Part shown: positions 25,494 to 39,927 of the stretch, piece after piece
Layout: each line of letters starts with the position of its first letter
How positions within the stretch are numbered: the first letter of the stretch is position 1
Assembly (NCBI GenBank): GCA_951406725.2
Contig: OX597839.1
Location: 38,998,001 to 39,062,000, forward strand
Origin: Octopus vulgaris
Lineage: Eukaryota
Length of the DNA: 64,000 nucleotides
Direction: 5' to 3'
The notes under the pieces: generated by a model
Told to the model about the DNA's origin: nothing
The model's input: only the letters and a program-made list of their open reading frames with translations
The model's database searches: none
Translations under genes and position numbers: made by a program

Positions 25494-25524
<31 letters not shown>

Positions 25525-25651
25525 ACACGGATGCACACAGACACGGACGCACACAGACATACATACACAATGGGATGCAGTCACACACACACACACACAC
25601 GGCTCACACAGACACGGACGCACACAGACATACATACACAATGGGATGCAG

Positions 25652-25690
<39 letters not shown>
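25383..25690 (+). repeat. Compound minisatellite, 4 copies
   Basis: GGACGCACACAGACATACATACACAATGGGATGCAGT-(CA)n repeated four times. Confidence 0.92.
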
Positions 25691-25691
<1 letters not shown>

Positions 25692-25719
25692 GATGGCAAT
25701 CACAAACATGCACACAATC

Positions 25720-25767
<48 letters not shown>

Positions 25768-26159
25768 TTACGCACACATATATACAGTGAATACGGTGTC
25801 ACATACACACACACAGAGGCGCTCAACCGTGCGTACAGGCGCACACGTATACAAACATGAACATATACACACAAGCATACAAACACACACACACATACAC
25901 AAGCGTAAAAACACACACACACGTTGGGTACGGAACTACATACATACACAGAGGCAAGTAGCCACACACACATACACACACGCATACAGTGGGGCATGCA
26001 ATCACACACACACGCAAACACAAGCACGCAATTATGTACACACATACAGAGTTGCGCAGCCGCATACATAAAGTGAGGCATGCCATCCCCACACCCACTC
26101 ACACATACACTTTTTTATTTTATACACAACTAGTTACTGTTCGGAACTGTCGTTCACAC

Positions 26160-26191
<32 letters not shown>

Positions 26192-27026
26192 AGCACTTCT
26201 GCCTCAGGCACACACACTCATGTAGTAACGCATACAAATTCGCATACCTCATTATTAACACACACACACACGTCCTAGCTCCACACACACATACACACAC
26301 AATTTCAGAACCACCCCATTCTACACTTGGTCATTTACACCTCACTACACTTCCGCTCCGCACGCATGCATGCACACACACAAACACTCACACACACACA
26401 GACATTCTCTCTTTCTCTCACACGCACACATACACACGCTCAAACACATACACACACACGCATGTATATAAACACACAAACGCAAACACACGCACATACG
26501 CACAAACACGTACTTCTTTCATATAACTCACCTATCAATACTCGGGATTACGGTGAAGAATCCTCCCTGTCGCTACTCAGCTTGCAGAAATAGCAGCCAA
26601 ACTTCAAGTTCTCCGCTCCCTGGTATCTTAAGCATAGCCGTCATTCGCAACCAAATCTGATGACTCGGTAGCATGTACCATGCTTTCGCTAACTCTTTTA
26701 GGTGCTTATGTAGTTGCGTGCATACATAGACATGCTTCTCGACCCAACCAGTTTTGTCGCAACAAAACTTCACGAATCTCAGAGATCCCGCAAAGGATCA
26801 TGGACACTGCCTTATATTCCGAGTACAGAATAAACTTTTTTCTAAATTGCAATTTACTGGAAAGTTTTCTGCACAACATTTAATACATCTTCAAGTACCT
26901 GATTTTTTTCTGATTAAAGTAACTTCACATCATTGGTTAGTTATCTTCCTTAGCAATGTATTTTTGTTTTTTTTTTTTGCAGTGTATCGCATTTTGTTGA
27001 ATTTATAGAATAGGTTATTTGAATCA

Positions 27027-27168
27027 TTAGGTTGTCCCAAAAGTTCGTAAATACTTGCGAAAATTGAATTTTTACTCGCCAAGTGCTAACAAAAACAACA
27101 AAAATTATTCCTCAAAATAAAGACCATTATTTTCCAAGACTTTCTACGAACTTTTGGGACAACCTTAT
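27027..27168. mobile_element. mariner-type MITE, ~140 bp
   Basis: Perfect 21-bp inverted repeat AGGTTGTCCCAAAAGTTCGTA at 27029-27049 and 27145-27165; TTAGGTTG-type terminus. Confidence 0.88.
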
Positions 27169-27889
27169 ATTTCCTTTAGCTACGGTTTAAAAAAAGAAAA
27201 CAACAGACTATGAACAACTGCAGATTCTCCTACACGACACTACTACTTGAGTTATTTCCCTTAGTTATGTTTATATATTTATCATCTGTAACCGCAAAAA
27301 TTCAACAGATGTGAACAGTTGCCGATACTCTTACATGACACCAAACTACTCCCACGTAATCTCTAACAAAAAAAAGTTCTTATATTCATGATGATATTGA
27401 AGCCTTCCACACGAAACATCGTTGACTGTGTCTATCTGACTAACAAGAAAACCACTGTCACGCTGTGTCCTCTCTTTATTTATTTTACCGTCACTACACT
27501 CGTTTCTTTGTTTGTTTGTTTCTTTCTTTCTTTCATCACATCTTTCGTTCTACCATATATTTCGCCGACATCATTAAGTTAGCGGGAGTTAGTTCTGAAG
27601 ACTTCTATCAGAAAATACACCACTTTGAAATAACGATGTTGTAAAAAAAAAAAAGCCAGTGCGTTTCTCTCTGTCTTCTTCTCTCTTCCTCCACACACAC
27701 ACATTTATATATACTCACATGCATACATATTTATATACACTTACATACACACCCATGTACTTTATAAATATATATATATGTCTGTGTTTGTGTGTACATA
27801 CGAATATATGTATGTATATACATATACATATATGTATTCAGATATATATACACATTTACATACATATATTGCGTATATAGGTATACCTA

Positions 27890-27920
<31 letters not shown>

Positions 27921-28077
27921 TAAACATATGTACACATACATACTCAAATGCACAGAAGCCTACCCCCGTAATCTCTTTCATTCTGTTTTTCCCCTCCCAC
28001 AATCTCTCAATCTCTCACACTTACACATGCAAAAACACGCAAGGCCATGTCATCTCTTTCTATCTATATGAATGTAT

Positions 28078-28111
<34 letters not shown>

Positions 28112-29073
28112 GCCACGCTTTGTATACATCAAACCCACAGCAAAAAAAATGACGAATAAAAACTACATACAAAACCAGCAGAAAATCCCTCGCAAATCGC
28201 ACACATTTCACACAACACACACCTCTCCCTCGTCGCCCCTACGTCACACACCCTTCATCTAACACGTCACACATCACACATCACCTTGCCTTATCTATGT
28301 CAATTCAGATGTTAAACAACTTAATCTCCGCTTTTTGATATCAATAGTTGTCCAACTAATCATCCACTCCGCTTTTCCAGCATGTCGTAAATCTCTAATA
28401 TACGCCATTTTGTATTTTTATATTTCGTACCTCTTTGTTCTTGTTATTATTGTTGCTGTTAGTGTGGTCGTTGCGTTTCCTTACAGTTGTTGCTGTTGTT
28501 GTTGGTGGTGGTGGTAATGAGGTTGTTGTTGCTGTTGTAGTTGGTGATCACGATGCTGATGTTTTTGTTGATGTTGTTGTTGTTGCTGCTGTTGTTGGTG
28601 TTGCTGTTATTGTTATTGTTGCTGTTGTTGTTGGTGGTGGTGGTAATGAGGTTGTTGTTGCTGTTGTATTTGGTGATCGTGATGCTGTTGTTTTTGTTGT
28701 TGTTGTTGCTGTTTTTGTTGTTGTTGTTGGCGGTGGGGTGTTTTTCTTCAGTGGATGATGTCATTATTGATGCTTTCAATTTATCTTTAATTACATACAC
28801 GCAGAATTTATTGCTGTTGTTCTTGTCGTAGTTTAATCCCAAACATGCTTTGATTGTGAGCAGAACATTGATCAAAGAAAGACATACCACTCATGGCTAT
28901 CCTGTCTTATTTTCAGAAGTCAACTTCAGAATACGTTCCAAGCAGTGGAACATTTTGATCAAGGAATTAAGAAGTAGTTTGAAAAATATTTAACTGCTTT
29001 TTCTAACAATACGATGGACCACATGTCACTCTCTTGTTGGATGAGTGGTGTTAGGTAGAATGACAAACACTGA

Positions 29074-29128
<55 letters not shown>

Positions 29129-29134
29129 ATATAT

Positions 29135-29303
29135 ATATATAGATACGACAGGCTTCCACACAGTTTCCTTCAACCAAATTCACCCACAAGGCTTTCGTCA
29201 ATCCGCGGCGATAGTGAAAGACATTTGCCCCACGTGCCACTCAGAGTGAGGACTGAACCCGAAACCACGTGGTTGCAAAAGAAGCCTTTTCACCACACAG
29301 TCA
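29135..29303 (-). mobile_element. SINE family B, 5' half
   Basis: ACGACAGGCTTCCACACAGTTTCC...GGACTGAACCCGAAACCACGTGGTTG...CCACACAG. Confidence 0.8.
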
Positions 29304-30073
29304 TATCGTTGCTGTTGTTGCTGCTGTTAAGGTTTATGTTCTTACAGCTATCAGGTGATAGCGGAGGAGAAGAAGAACGGTGGGGGGCTGGGGATGGAGT
29401 GGCACGTGGTGACAGAGAGTGAGTGTGTTGGGCGGGGATAGAAAAGTTGGGGATTTTCAGAATTACAAGAAAACAACAATAAATTTACGAATCAAAGAAC
29501 ACACGAGATGGAGAGAAAATTTTGCAATTTTGTAGATTACGATACCCTTAATCTATTCCTCCGCCATTGCCACAACACCACACGTTATACTATTAACATT
29601 TTGACCTAAGTATGTAGATATCTCTAACAGAACAAATGAGCTGTATACACGAAGCCAACATATATATATATATTACGTATAAAAGCGGGGTGGGAAGCTG
29701 TTTATATATTGTATATCATAAATATCTACGTATAACTGTGTGTGTGCGTAAGCGTGTGGTTGGGCGTATTTATACATACAACATATGTATATAACAATAT
29801 ATATATGTGTGTATGCGTGTATGTGTGCGTGAATGTATGTTGAGTGCGTTTATGTTTTGGTGTGAGGTTTTCTATAGACATGTATATTTATAAACATTTT
29901 ATATATAAAATGTATATATGTATAATACATATAAACTTTATACATGCACACACACATTATGTATAATTTGTTTTTTAGGTGCAGGCACGGGGCTCCGTAG
30001 TTAGCTTGGGTTCAGTTCCACTGAGCGGCAAATGTTTTCTACTATAGGTTTATATATATATATACACTAAGCT

Positions 30074-30109
<36 letters not shown>

Positions 30110-30954
30110 GTATAAAAGCGCAGGAGATGGTAAATGTTTTTAGTTTTCATTCCCTTCGAAATTCTTATCCCTGATAGTGGTTTGGACTTTGGCTGTTCCT
30201 TCTAGCGTGCCAGGATTCCTATGACGGATACCTCTTATGTGTTTAAATGTACACTGTATTTTATATGAATAATATATAGTCTATTTTTCTACTCGCTAGG
30301 CCACTGGTAGTAAAAATTTCTAAAATCTTTTTTACCCTGATATCATTAATTATAGATAATTTTTTCTGGAAAATTTTCGAAATAACGCCGGTATTATGTT
30401 TTTTGCAATGTTCGTACTGGAGCCTCCTGCGCAAATGCCAAGTAGTATAGCATATCGTTTCTGGTTGAGTGATTTGCGTTGTAGTACTGTTTTGCTCACA
30501 GACAGTGTCCAACTGACCCTACTACACTCTGTAGTCGACAAAATCAAAAACAAACAATGCGCATATGTGTGAGTGTGTTTGTGTAAAAACTTATTTCACA
30601 AACACAGGCATATTCTTAGGCTTTAGACTAAAGTGTTTGATGATTACAGAGTGTAATATTGACTAATGATTGACAAAAGAACAGGAATTACGTAATCACC
30701 TCCATTAACTTACAGCTGCTGCAGCTGCTGTTATAGGACGTAGTGCAATCAGCGCTGAGCGCATGTGCAACACTCTGTAGTTTATTCGGAGCCATTAAAA
30801 TGAAGTGGGTTCTTTATTTAGGAAAGCACTGGAAAGATGCAACGATGTTAAAGAGATGTCATTGAAATGTAATGCTCATATCGAATGACGTAGATATTGG
30901 ATTCGACACAGCATAAAGACCAACCACTATAGAAAAATATCATATAAGGTGAGT

Positions 30955-31430
30955 TATGCATACCCACCAGCCATCTCTAGCAGATCGATGAATGCAATTC
31001 TTGCTATTTTGCAATCATCAGTACCAGGTACAATAAAAGAGAGACAACCTTCGGATGACTTTGGAAACTATGGCTTCCTTATAGGTGTATTAACACCTGT
31101 TACCCAAAGCAAGAATTTTTTCCACGGCAAACCGCAGTGACAATAGCCTTTTTACAGGTCAAATATATCTCAGGTATATGTCAACTGATTAAAAACTCTA
31201 TTTATACAACACTGCTTCATGTGCATATTGTATAATTCCGAGCCTGGCGGATGGTCGCACGCATCAATAAATACTCCTTACTGATTATCTATAAGAAAGC
31301 CATAGCTTCTAAAGTTCTCTCAGGGTTGTGTCTCTTTTGAAGTAGCTGGTTCTAAGGATAGCCAAATAGCTAGAAATTGCATTTATCAGTCTAATACAAC
31401 AGGACGCACAGAGATGACTGTTGGTGCATC
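30955..31430. repeat. Old long inverted repeat (~130-bp arms, ~200-bp spacer); probable decayed DNA transposon or MITE
   Basis: Left arm ...AAAAGAGAGACAACCTTCGGATGACTTTGGAAACTATGGCTTCCTTATAG versus the reverse complement of the right arm ...AAAAGAGACACAACCCTGAGAGAACTTTAGAAGCTATGGCTTTCTTATAG. Confidence 0.75.
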
Positions 31431-32333
31431 TGTTGCTTCAAGCGAGAATTTTCTAGATGGTAAACCGACGTGAAAATGGCCATTTTATACACCAAATATA
31501 TAGCACAAACCCAAACACACATACACATAATCGTATGTATGAAAGTATGCATGTATGCGTTTATATGTACGTATGTATGTATGTATGCTTATATGTGTGA
31601 ATAATTATGAATACATAAATAAAAGATGATGTCGGTGTAAAGAAGAAAAATGAAGTGATGAAGAAAGAGAAGAAAGATGGACGCAGTAAATGAAAACAAG
31701 TACGACATCAAAATAATGGCAAAAATGAGAATGCCATGAACAGAGACGACAACAACAACAACAACAATATAAATTACAACCATAATGATAAACAACAACA
31801 ACAACAACAACAACCGTAATAATTACAATAAAACAACAGTAATATCGTACAAAAAAAAAACAAAAAAACAACTACAGCAATAACAACAGCAACTTCAAAT
31901 GTAGTAAGAACAAGATTAATAACAACAATAGCAACAACAACACTAACAACTGTAGCAACAGCAGCAACAACAACAACAACAACAACACTAACAATAGAAG
32001 CAACAACAAATAGTAAGGATCTGTGATGTGATTGGAATTAATAAAAAGTTCCAATCACGCTACATCTGGGGGCTTTGGGCTTCTTTTTATACATTCATTA
32101 AAAATAGATTTGGGGTAAGGGTGGGGGTGGTGAGGAAGTCTGTTGGTGGTGGTGGTGGTGGTGGGGAGTTGGTGTGATGTCGGTGGAGTGATGAGAGGGA
32201 GATGTTGTTCTTGCTGCTGATGTGTATTTTACTTTTTAGTCCATAGTAAGGTAAACTCTGATATATAGTCTACATAAAAATATGAAGCAGTCTCTAGAAA
32301 ACAAACACAAACATGTGTGTTTGAATATCAGTT

Positions 32334-32413
<80 letters not shown>

Positions 32414-32431
32414 CATACATACATACATACA

Positions 32432-32507
<76 letters not shown>

Positions 32508-33468
32508 TAGATATATACATATATATATATACATATATATATAAATATATATATACATACATACATATATATACATATATATATGTATGGATATATAGAA
32601 CGAAAACAGAATACATAGATTTGTATAAAAATATATTTTCATAAATGTGTATACATATATGCATGTAATTGCACACGCGCACGCGTACATACACATAATC
32701 ACACACACATATAAACACACTATATATGTTTGTGTGAGTGTGCAAATGTACATATTTGCTATATATACGCACAAATGCGTTTATATGCACGTATATATGT
32801 ATGTATATATATATATATATATATACACGTATATATACACATTTATAAACATAAGTATACATATAATGCGTGGATATATGTATATGCATAAGCATATACA
32901 TATTCGTATAAAAACGCACAATAATGTATGTATGTATATATATATATATAAATACATATAGGTATGTGAGTGTATATATACATAGAGATATGTTTGTGTG
33001 TCTATACATATGTATTGATTTCACAATGCCATGTCAATCCACATTATGGCTGAATATTTCACACAAAACAATCATTATTTCAGCCAGACGCACCTGCTGT
33101 ATTTTTACATATATACAAAAACACTGAAACATTATTAATTCCTCGCCTTTGAAATTAATAAAACAGAAAAAAAAGTTCTTGTTTTAGTGAGTTATGACAC
33201 GCTGTAAACTGGTACATACTTTGCTAGTCAGAGTTGAAATTCCATCACTGAATATATGAATATATATACTTGCATAAATATACACACCCACACACACATA
33301 CATACATACAAACACACACATATACATACAGACAGACAGACACACATGCATACATATGTGTCCATTTACATGTCTAATCTCTCTCTTTCTTTGTACCCCT
33401 CTCTCTCTATCTATTTACCTATATATATTTGCTTATATCTCTCTTTATCTCTTTTCGACAGTATATAT

Positions 33469-33500
<32 letters not shown>

Positions 33501-33721
33501 GTATACATACATACATATACACTTACACACATATATATACATATACACACACAAACACACACACAATATATATATATACATATATATATATATACATATA
33601 CACACACATATATATATATATACCTACATATGCATATACATACATAAATACATACATATACATATATATGTATATGTATATAACACAATATATATATCTA
33701 TATAATACATATACATATGTG

Positions 33722-33753
<32 letters not shown>

Positions 33754-33778
33754 TATATATATATATATATACACACAC

Positions 33779-33836
<58 letters not shown>

Positions 33837-34859
33837 TGTATATATATAGTTTTCTTCATGTATCTTTTTCTATCATCAGATATCTGCCTATCTATCCTCC
33901 TGTCTCTCGTTTTGTCAATCTGTCTGTCTGTCTGCCTGCCTGTCTTTGCATCCTGAAACTAAGAAACCAAAAATTTAAGGGAGTTGTTAAAACTGTAGAA
34001 GCAACATAAACGTAAATTTAATATTAAAAGATAGGACAGACAATTTTATAGACAATCCATTATGTCGACTCCTCAAAGAACTCCAAGACGAATTGGCTGC
34101 AGTAAAAAAAGTATATATTGAGTCCTATAAACTAAAACATCAGATAAAACAAGATATATAATTCCAGCGCTGCTATAATTCATCTTATAATGAAGATATT
34201 AATGGGGGAGCGTTATTATTACGAGTTTCTTATTTGCAAATAAAATACAGTTGTACCCATTAACGTTGGAAAGTTGTTCCTTTACAACATGACTGCATAT
34301 TAATGAGGCTGTTTTATAATGCACAATATATTATCATGAACGAATATATGTGAAGCGTATATCGAGTTTTAAAGATGTTACCAATTATCCCGATCTATCT
34401 CTCTCTCTCTCTCTACACACACACATCTTACTCGCTTCAGTCACTGGATTACAGCCATATTGGAGCCTGGAAGGATTTTAATCATTGAAAAACTAGTAAC
34501 ATAGTGAAAAATTTGATATGGTGTTTTTTTTTATTCAGAAAGAGCATATCTCAAATTGCAGAACATTTAAAATTTTTCAAAAATCGTAATATTTGATCGA
34601 GATATATAATTTTTCTCGGTTAAGCTGACGCGACCCGGAAAATAGGCTCTATGAGAAAACACATCTGAGAACTAAAAACTTTGCACAACTCTAGCCTTTT
34701 CTCAGTCATAAAATGCGTAGGACTCCAGGTATTCAACCTCTTGTCAGTTGCTACACCCAGGATTTAAAAACATCCGATATTGTTTTGAACCCCCCGTTTA
34801 TTTAGCGACCCACGTTTGTTTAGCAACATCCGACGGTTTTCCCCGGTGGCATCTCATCG

Positions 34860-35138
34860 ACCTCTATTTGGTCTGTTTTGCCGAAGTCCCGCTAAATTCA
34901 GCGAAATTAAGCCAACACGGTTGTAAAGCGGTGGACTGGGAGAGAAAATAGAAACACACACACACACAGAAAGGCTTCCACACAGCACAGCTTTTGCCTA
35001 CCAAATTCATTTTCGATGCACTGGTTTCCGGGGGATAAATTAGAAGGCACAAACCTAAGGTGTCACACAGTGGAACTGAACCCGGAACCACATAGTTGCA
35101 AAATGAGCTCTTCACCACTCAGCCATACCCATGCCTAT

Positions 35139-35171
<33 letters not shown>

Positions 35172-35322
35172 TATACACGCACACACAAAGGCTTCCACAC
35201 TGCTTTCGTCTACCAAATTGATTTTCAAGGCACTGGCTTCCCAAGGTGTCACACAGTGGGACTGAACACGGAACCACGTAGTTGCAAAATGAACTCTGAA
35301 TCACTAGGCTATACCCACGCCT
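34860..35322 (-). mobile_element. Two diverged SINE family B fragments in tandem
   Basis: AAGGTGTCACACAGTGGRACTGAAC.CGGAACCAC.TAGTTGCAAAATGA at ~35057 and ~35243. Confidence 0.75.
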
Positions 35323-35745
35323 AAACACACACACGCACAAATACACATATTTCGTACTATCTACTGACTGGAACACAGTTTTAGATACCAACAGTTTATG
35401 TTAAAAATGTACGTTTGTATTTATCTATCTCTCTACTCTCCAATCCATCCACACATCTGTCTATCTGTCGGTCTGTCTCTCTACCAACCATACCTATTCA
35501 TATATTTCTCTATCTGTCTGCATTTCTGAAATTTTTTTCTATGTTCCTAACACCAACCAATCATGTGCAATTCCCTCCACTTAGTCAAGTAATATTCAAA
35601 GTTACTACATCACTCCACTATTGATATAGGAAAAAAAAAAACACTCCTGTATTTCCCCCATTCCACCATCACTCTATTCATTTCCAAACATCCCAGTAAC
35701 CACCACCACAACCACCACCACCACCACCACCACCACTACTATCAT

Positions 35746-35796
<51 letters not shown>

Positions 35797-36153
35797 AACC
35801 ACCACCGCCGCCACTACTACTACCACCACCACCACCACCACCACCACCACCGCTGCTACTACTACTACTATTACTACTACTACCACCACCACCACCGCCG
35901 CCACTACCACCACCACCACCACCACCACCAGCGCCACCGCTACTACTACTACTACTACTACAAACAATATTCTATATTTCATAAATTTAATTACTTTATT
36001 TTCCGAGGTCGTTTCTTCAGGCTCTTCTGACCAGACACACAGACACATCTCACAGTCATTAATAGAATTGTTGTTTATCTTCCTTAATGGTGAGATTTTT
36101 AATTAATTAGCATTTTTTCGCTCAGTATATCAGGTATGTTACTGGTGCAAATA

Positions 36154-36191
<38 letters not shown>

Positions 36192-36255
36192 TTCTATGTT
36201 TCTATCTCAATATATTTATATATAAAATGAAACAAAACATGAATAATTGTTTATA

Positions 36256-36420
36256 GGCGCAGGCGTGGCTGTGAGGTAAGAAGCTTGCTTCACAGCCACA
36301 TGATTTCGGGTTCAGTCCCACTGCGTGGCACCTTGGGCAAGTGTCTTCTACTATAGCCTCGGACCAACCAAAGCCTTGTGAATGGACTTGGTAGACGAAA
36401 ACTGAAAGAAGCTCGTCGTA

Positions 36421-36451
<31 letters not shown>

Positions 36452-36663
36452 CTATATGTGTCTTTGTGTTAGCGCCCCCGTAAGTTATGGGTTCGTCCCA
36501 GTAAACAAGCGGTTCGTCCCCGTAACTTAGCGGTTCGGCAAAAATGAAATAAGTACCAATTTTAGGAAAGAAGTACTGAGGTCGATTCATTCATTCGACT
36601 AAAAAAATTCAAGGTGATGCTCCAGCATGGCCACAGTCCAATGACTGAAACAAGTAAAAGAAC
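36256..36663 (+). mobile_element. SINE family B, full length
   Basis: GGCGCAGGCGTGGCTGTGAGGTAAG...GGGTTCAGTCCCACTGCGTGGCACCTTGGGCAAGTG...(TA)n...ATGACTGAAACAAGTAAAAG. Confidence 0.9.
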
Positions 36664-36749
36664 ACAAGACGCAACCCGGTCTGGGATTCGAGCTCACAAC
36701 CTCTCGGTCGTAAGCTCGATGCTCCTTCACTATATATATATATATATAT

Positions 36750-36917
36750 CGTTAGCCACTACACACATTTTTTTCTCTCTTTGTTTTTTCTGTGTCCCTT
36801 TCTGTAGAAGAGCATAGGCTCGAAATGTAAAAGACTTTCCTGAGCGTTATACTAATACATCTGCTTGTTTTGTACACCACCTGTCTTCGTCTTTTGTTTA
36901 TTTTCGTAAACTCTCCC
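36750..36917 (+). mobile_element. ~165-bp interspersed repeat with variant minimal hammerhead-like motif (copy 1)
   Basis: Homologous to 59801-59969; contains GAA-GAGC-atag-GCTC-GAAATGTA-aaaga. Confidence 0.7.
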
Positions 36918-36962
<45 letters not shown>

Positions 36963-36999
36963 GGATGGATGGATGGATGGATGGATGGATGGATGGATG

Positions 37000-37078
<79 letters not shown>
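36918..37078. repeat. (AGAT)n(GGAT)n(AGAT)n tetranucleotide array
   Basis: Directly visible. Confidence 0.97.
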
Positions 37079-37648
37079 GTGTATGTGAGAGAGAGAGACT
37101 ACGAAGTAAAAATTGATAAATATGTACTATACTAATATGTATTGGCAGATCTTTCAGGTTTCGGGTGATTGCTAAACAGTTGTATGCATATTTTCACACA
37201 AGCACACACCACATGCGCACATATATCGTTATGCCGAACCAAGTTTGTTCCGGACTTCGACGTTCTGAGCTCAATTTTCTTGGCATTAACTTTCACTGAC
37301 GCCCTTTTGGGTTACCAGACACGTACGTAAACGATTTCATCCATTAACATATTACTCTCACCCCCAAATTGCTGGCTTTGTATGCAAATTATATAAGCAA
37401 CTGTTGTGACTCACTATTAAGGCCTGGTATCTTCCATTCTCGTGTTACATTATTCCTGTATTAATGTTATGCAAAGAGGAGTTCCGCACGTGCATCCAGC
37501 CCTGGAATTATACCCAACTGAAGGATAACGTGTTGTGGATAAATAACAACATCAGAGCTCTTAGAAGCACTTAACGAGGTTTTTACCCGAACTATACTCT
37601 ACTTAGCTACCGACCTACTTACCTACCTACCTACCTCTCTCTCTCTCC

Positions 37649-37680
<32 letters not shown>

Positions 37681-38363
37681 ACGATCCCTATTGATCGTTT
37701 TTTTTCCTCTCCCCCTTTTTTCTTCTTTTTACATTTTTCTTTCCTTTTGTTCCCTTTTTTCTTTTTTTCTTTTCTTTTTTTCCCTTTTACGATCCCTTTT
37801 GATCGAAAATCTACGCCACCTTTTTTTTTCTCCCCCAAAAGAAAAGCTCTACCTTGTAATTTGTCCCATCTGTGTGCAGCCCTGTGTGGCTAATAAAGAA
37901 ACTTATCTATCTATCTATCTCCCTACCTACCTACCTACCTACCTACCTACCTACCTACCTATCTACCTACATACCTACCTACCTACCTACCTACCTACCT
38001 ACCTATCTATCTTTTCTGTCTATCAATCTATCTATCTATCTATCTATCTATAAACACACAAATACACTCACACAAATATATATATAGAGAGATTTAGAAA
38101 ATGTGTGCGTGTATGTGTATACGCACACATATATATATATATAGACCGAGAGGTCGTTAAATATACATATAAACAGGTACACAGATACATTTATGCATAC
38201 ATGTGTGTGTGTGTGTGTACCTCTCTCTCTATATATATATATATGTGTGTGTATGTATACGCTGTTAGAATAACACATGTCATATACAATTAATAGATAA
38301 TCCAGGAGAAAAATAATTGTATTAATAGTCGGTTGTCATCAATTCTGTCTTTGTCCCTCTGTC

Positions 38364-38421
<58 letters not shown>

Positions 38422-38952
38422 CATTTATCGACTCCCTATTGTAATCTCAACATCTATCACCTCCCATCCACACGGCTACCACCAATCTCTTAAACAATTG
38501 TCTTTTTCTCCCTTTTCTCCTCCCACACAAATATGGTTCAATATCGAGGAACGCAACCTTGTGGAACTGTTTACAGGTCAGACAGTTGGGCGCTGTGAGG
38601 GGTGGAAGGTCATGTGTGTAACAATTGGAGTGAGATGATCAAGAACGGAGGGAGGTACGGTGGAAGAAGAACAGTGCGGGGCGGAGGTGGAGATTATCTG
38701 ACTGATAAAGGCAGCAGCGATCATGGCGTTGGTACTTATATTGCTCGCAGTGGTGGTGGTGGTCGTGATTAAACAACAGTTATTCGTGGTAGTTGTGATG
38801 ATAGAAGTGGTGGTGGTGGTGCTGGTTGTATTAGTTGTGGCATTGGTGGTAATAGTGAGTGTGTTATTGCTGAATTGGGGGCAGTAGAGGTTATGGTAGT
38901 GGTGGTGGTAGTAGTAGTGGTGGTGGTAGTGGTACTGGTGTCATTGGTTATA

Positions 38953-39124
38953 TATTTCTTTACTACCCACAAGGGGCTAAACACAGAGAGGACAAACAAC
39001 GACAGACAAACGGATTAAGCCGATTACATCGACCCCAGTGCGAAACCGGTACTTTATTTATCGACCCCGAAAGGATGAAAGGCAAAGTAGACCTTTACTC
39101 AAAGTCGACATGCTATAACCAATG
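38953..39124 (-). mobile_element. 5'-truncated SINE C insertion with 19-bp TSD and captured inverted flank
   Basis: ACTGGTGTCATTGGTTATA at 38934-38952 and 39125-39143; SINE sequence 38953-39093. Confidence 0.85.
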
Positions 39125-39160
39125 ACTGGTGTCATTGGTTATAGCATGTCGGTAGTGTTA

Positions 39161-39576
39161 AGGCGGCGAGCTGGCAGAAACGTTAGCACGCTGGGTGAAA
39201 TGCTAAGCTGTATTTCGTCTGCCGCAACGTTCTGAGTTCAAATTCCGCCGAGGTCGACTTTGCCTTTCATCCTTTCGGGGTCGATAAATTAAGTACCAGT
39301 TACGCACTGGGATCGATGTAATCGACTTATATCGTTTGTCTGTCCTTGTTTGTCCCCTCTATGTTTAGCCCCTTGTGGGTAGTAAAGAAATAGGTATTTC
39401 GTATGCCGTTACGTTCTGAGTTCAAATTCCGCCGAGGTCGACTTTGCCTTTCATCCTTTCGGGGTCGATAAATTAAGTACCAGTTACGCACTGGGATCGA
39501 TGTAATCGACTTATACCGTTTGTCTGTCCTTGTTTGTCCCCTCTATGTTTAGCTCCTTGTGGGTAGTATAGAAATA
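39161..39576 (+). mobile_element. SINE family C with ~187-bp internal tandem duplication, 10-bp TSD
   Basis: Head GGCGGCGAGCTGGCAGAAACGTTAGC...GAGTTCAAATTCC; body repeated from 39393; GGTAGTGTTA at 39151-39160 and 39577-39586. Confidence 0.9.
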
Positions 39577-39927
39577 GGTAGTGTTAGTAGTTGTAGTTCT
39601 AGTGATGTTAAGTAGAGTTGGGATGGTGGTGTAGGCAACAGTGCTGACTGTGCGGTGCTTGTGACGCATTTTTCGTGTTAGTGGTGGTGGTAGTAGTAGT
39701 AATAGTAGTGGTCCTGTTGACGGTGGTCATTGTTGTATTTGCGATGGTGGTGGTGGTGGTGGTGGATATTGTAGTGTTGGTAACAATGATTTTAATTGTA
39801 GTGTATTAAGAGTAGTAGCGGCGGTAGTAGTGATGGTGCCAGCGGCTATGGTGTTAGTTTTGGCGATGATGATGCTACTGCTTGTAGCACGTTGATAATG
39901 GTGAATTATATATATATATATTTATAT

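Noticed and set aside
26656-26690. CTGATGA followed by a small hairpin (similar lone CTGATGA at ~13558 and ~23648)
   Set aside because: No correctly placed GAAA box or cleavage triplet on the same strand.
30261-30553. Non-repetitive 83-aa and 67-aa ORFs
   Set aside because: No recognisable motif; lengths compatible with chance.
34490-34860. Possible DNA transposon subterminal remnant
   Set aside because: No paired TIR, TSD or coding motif that I could verify.
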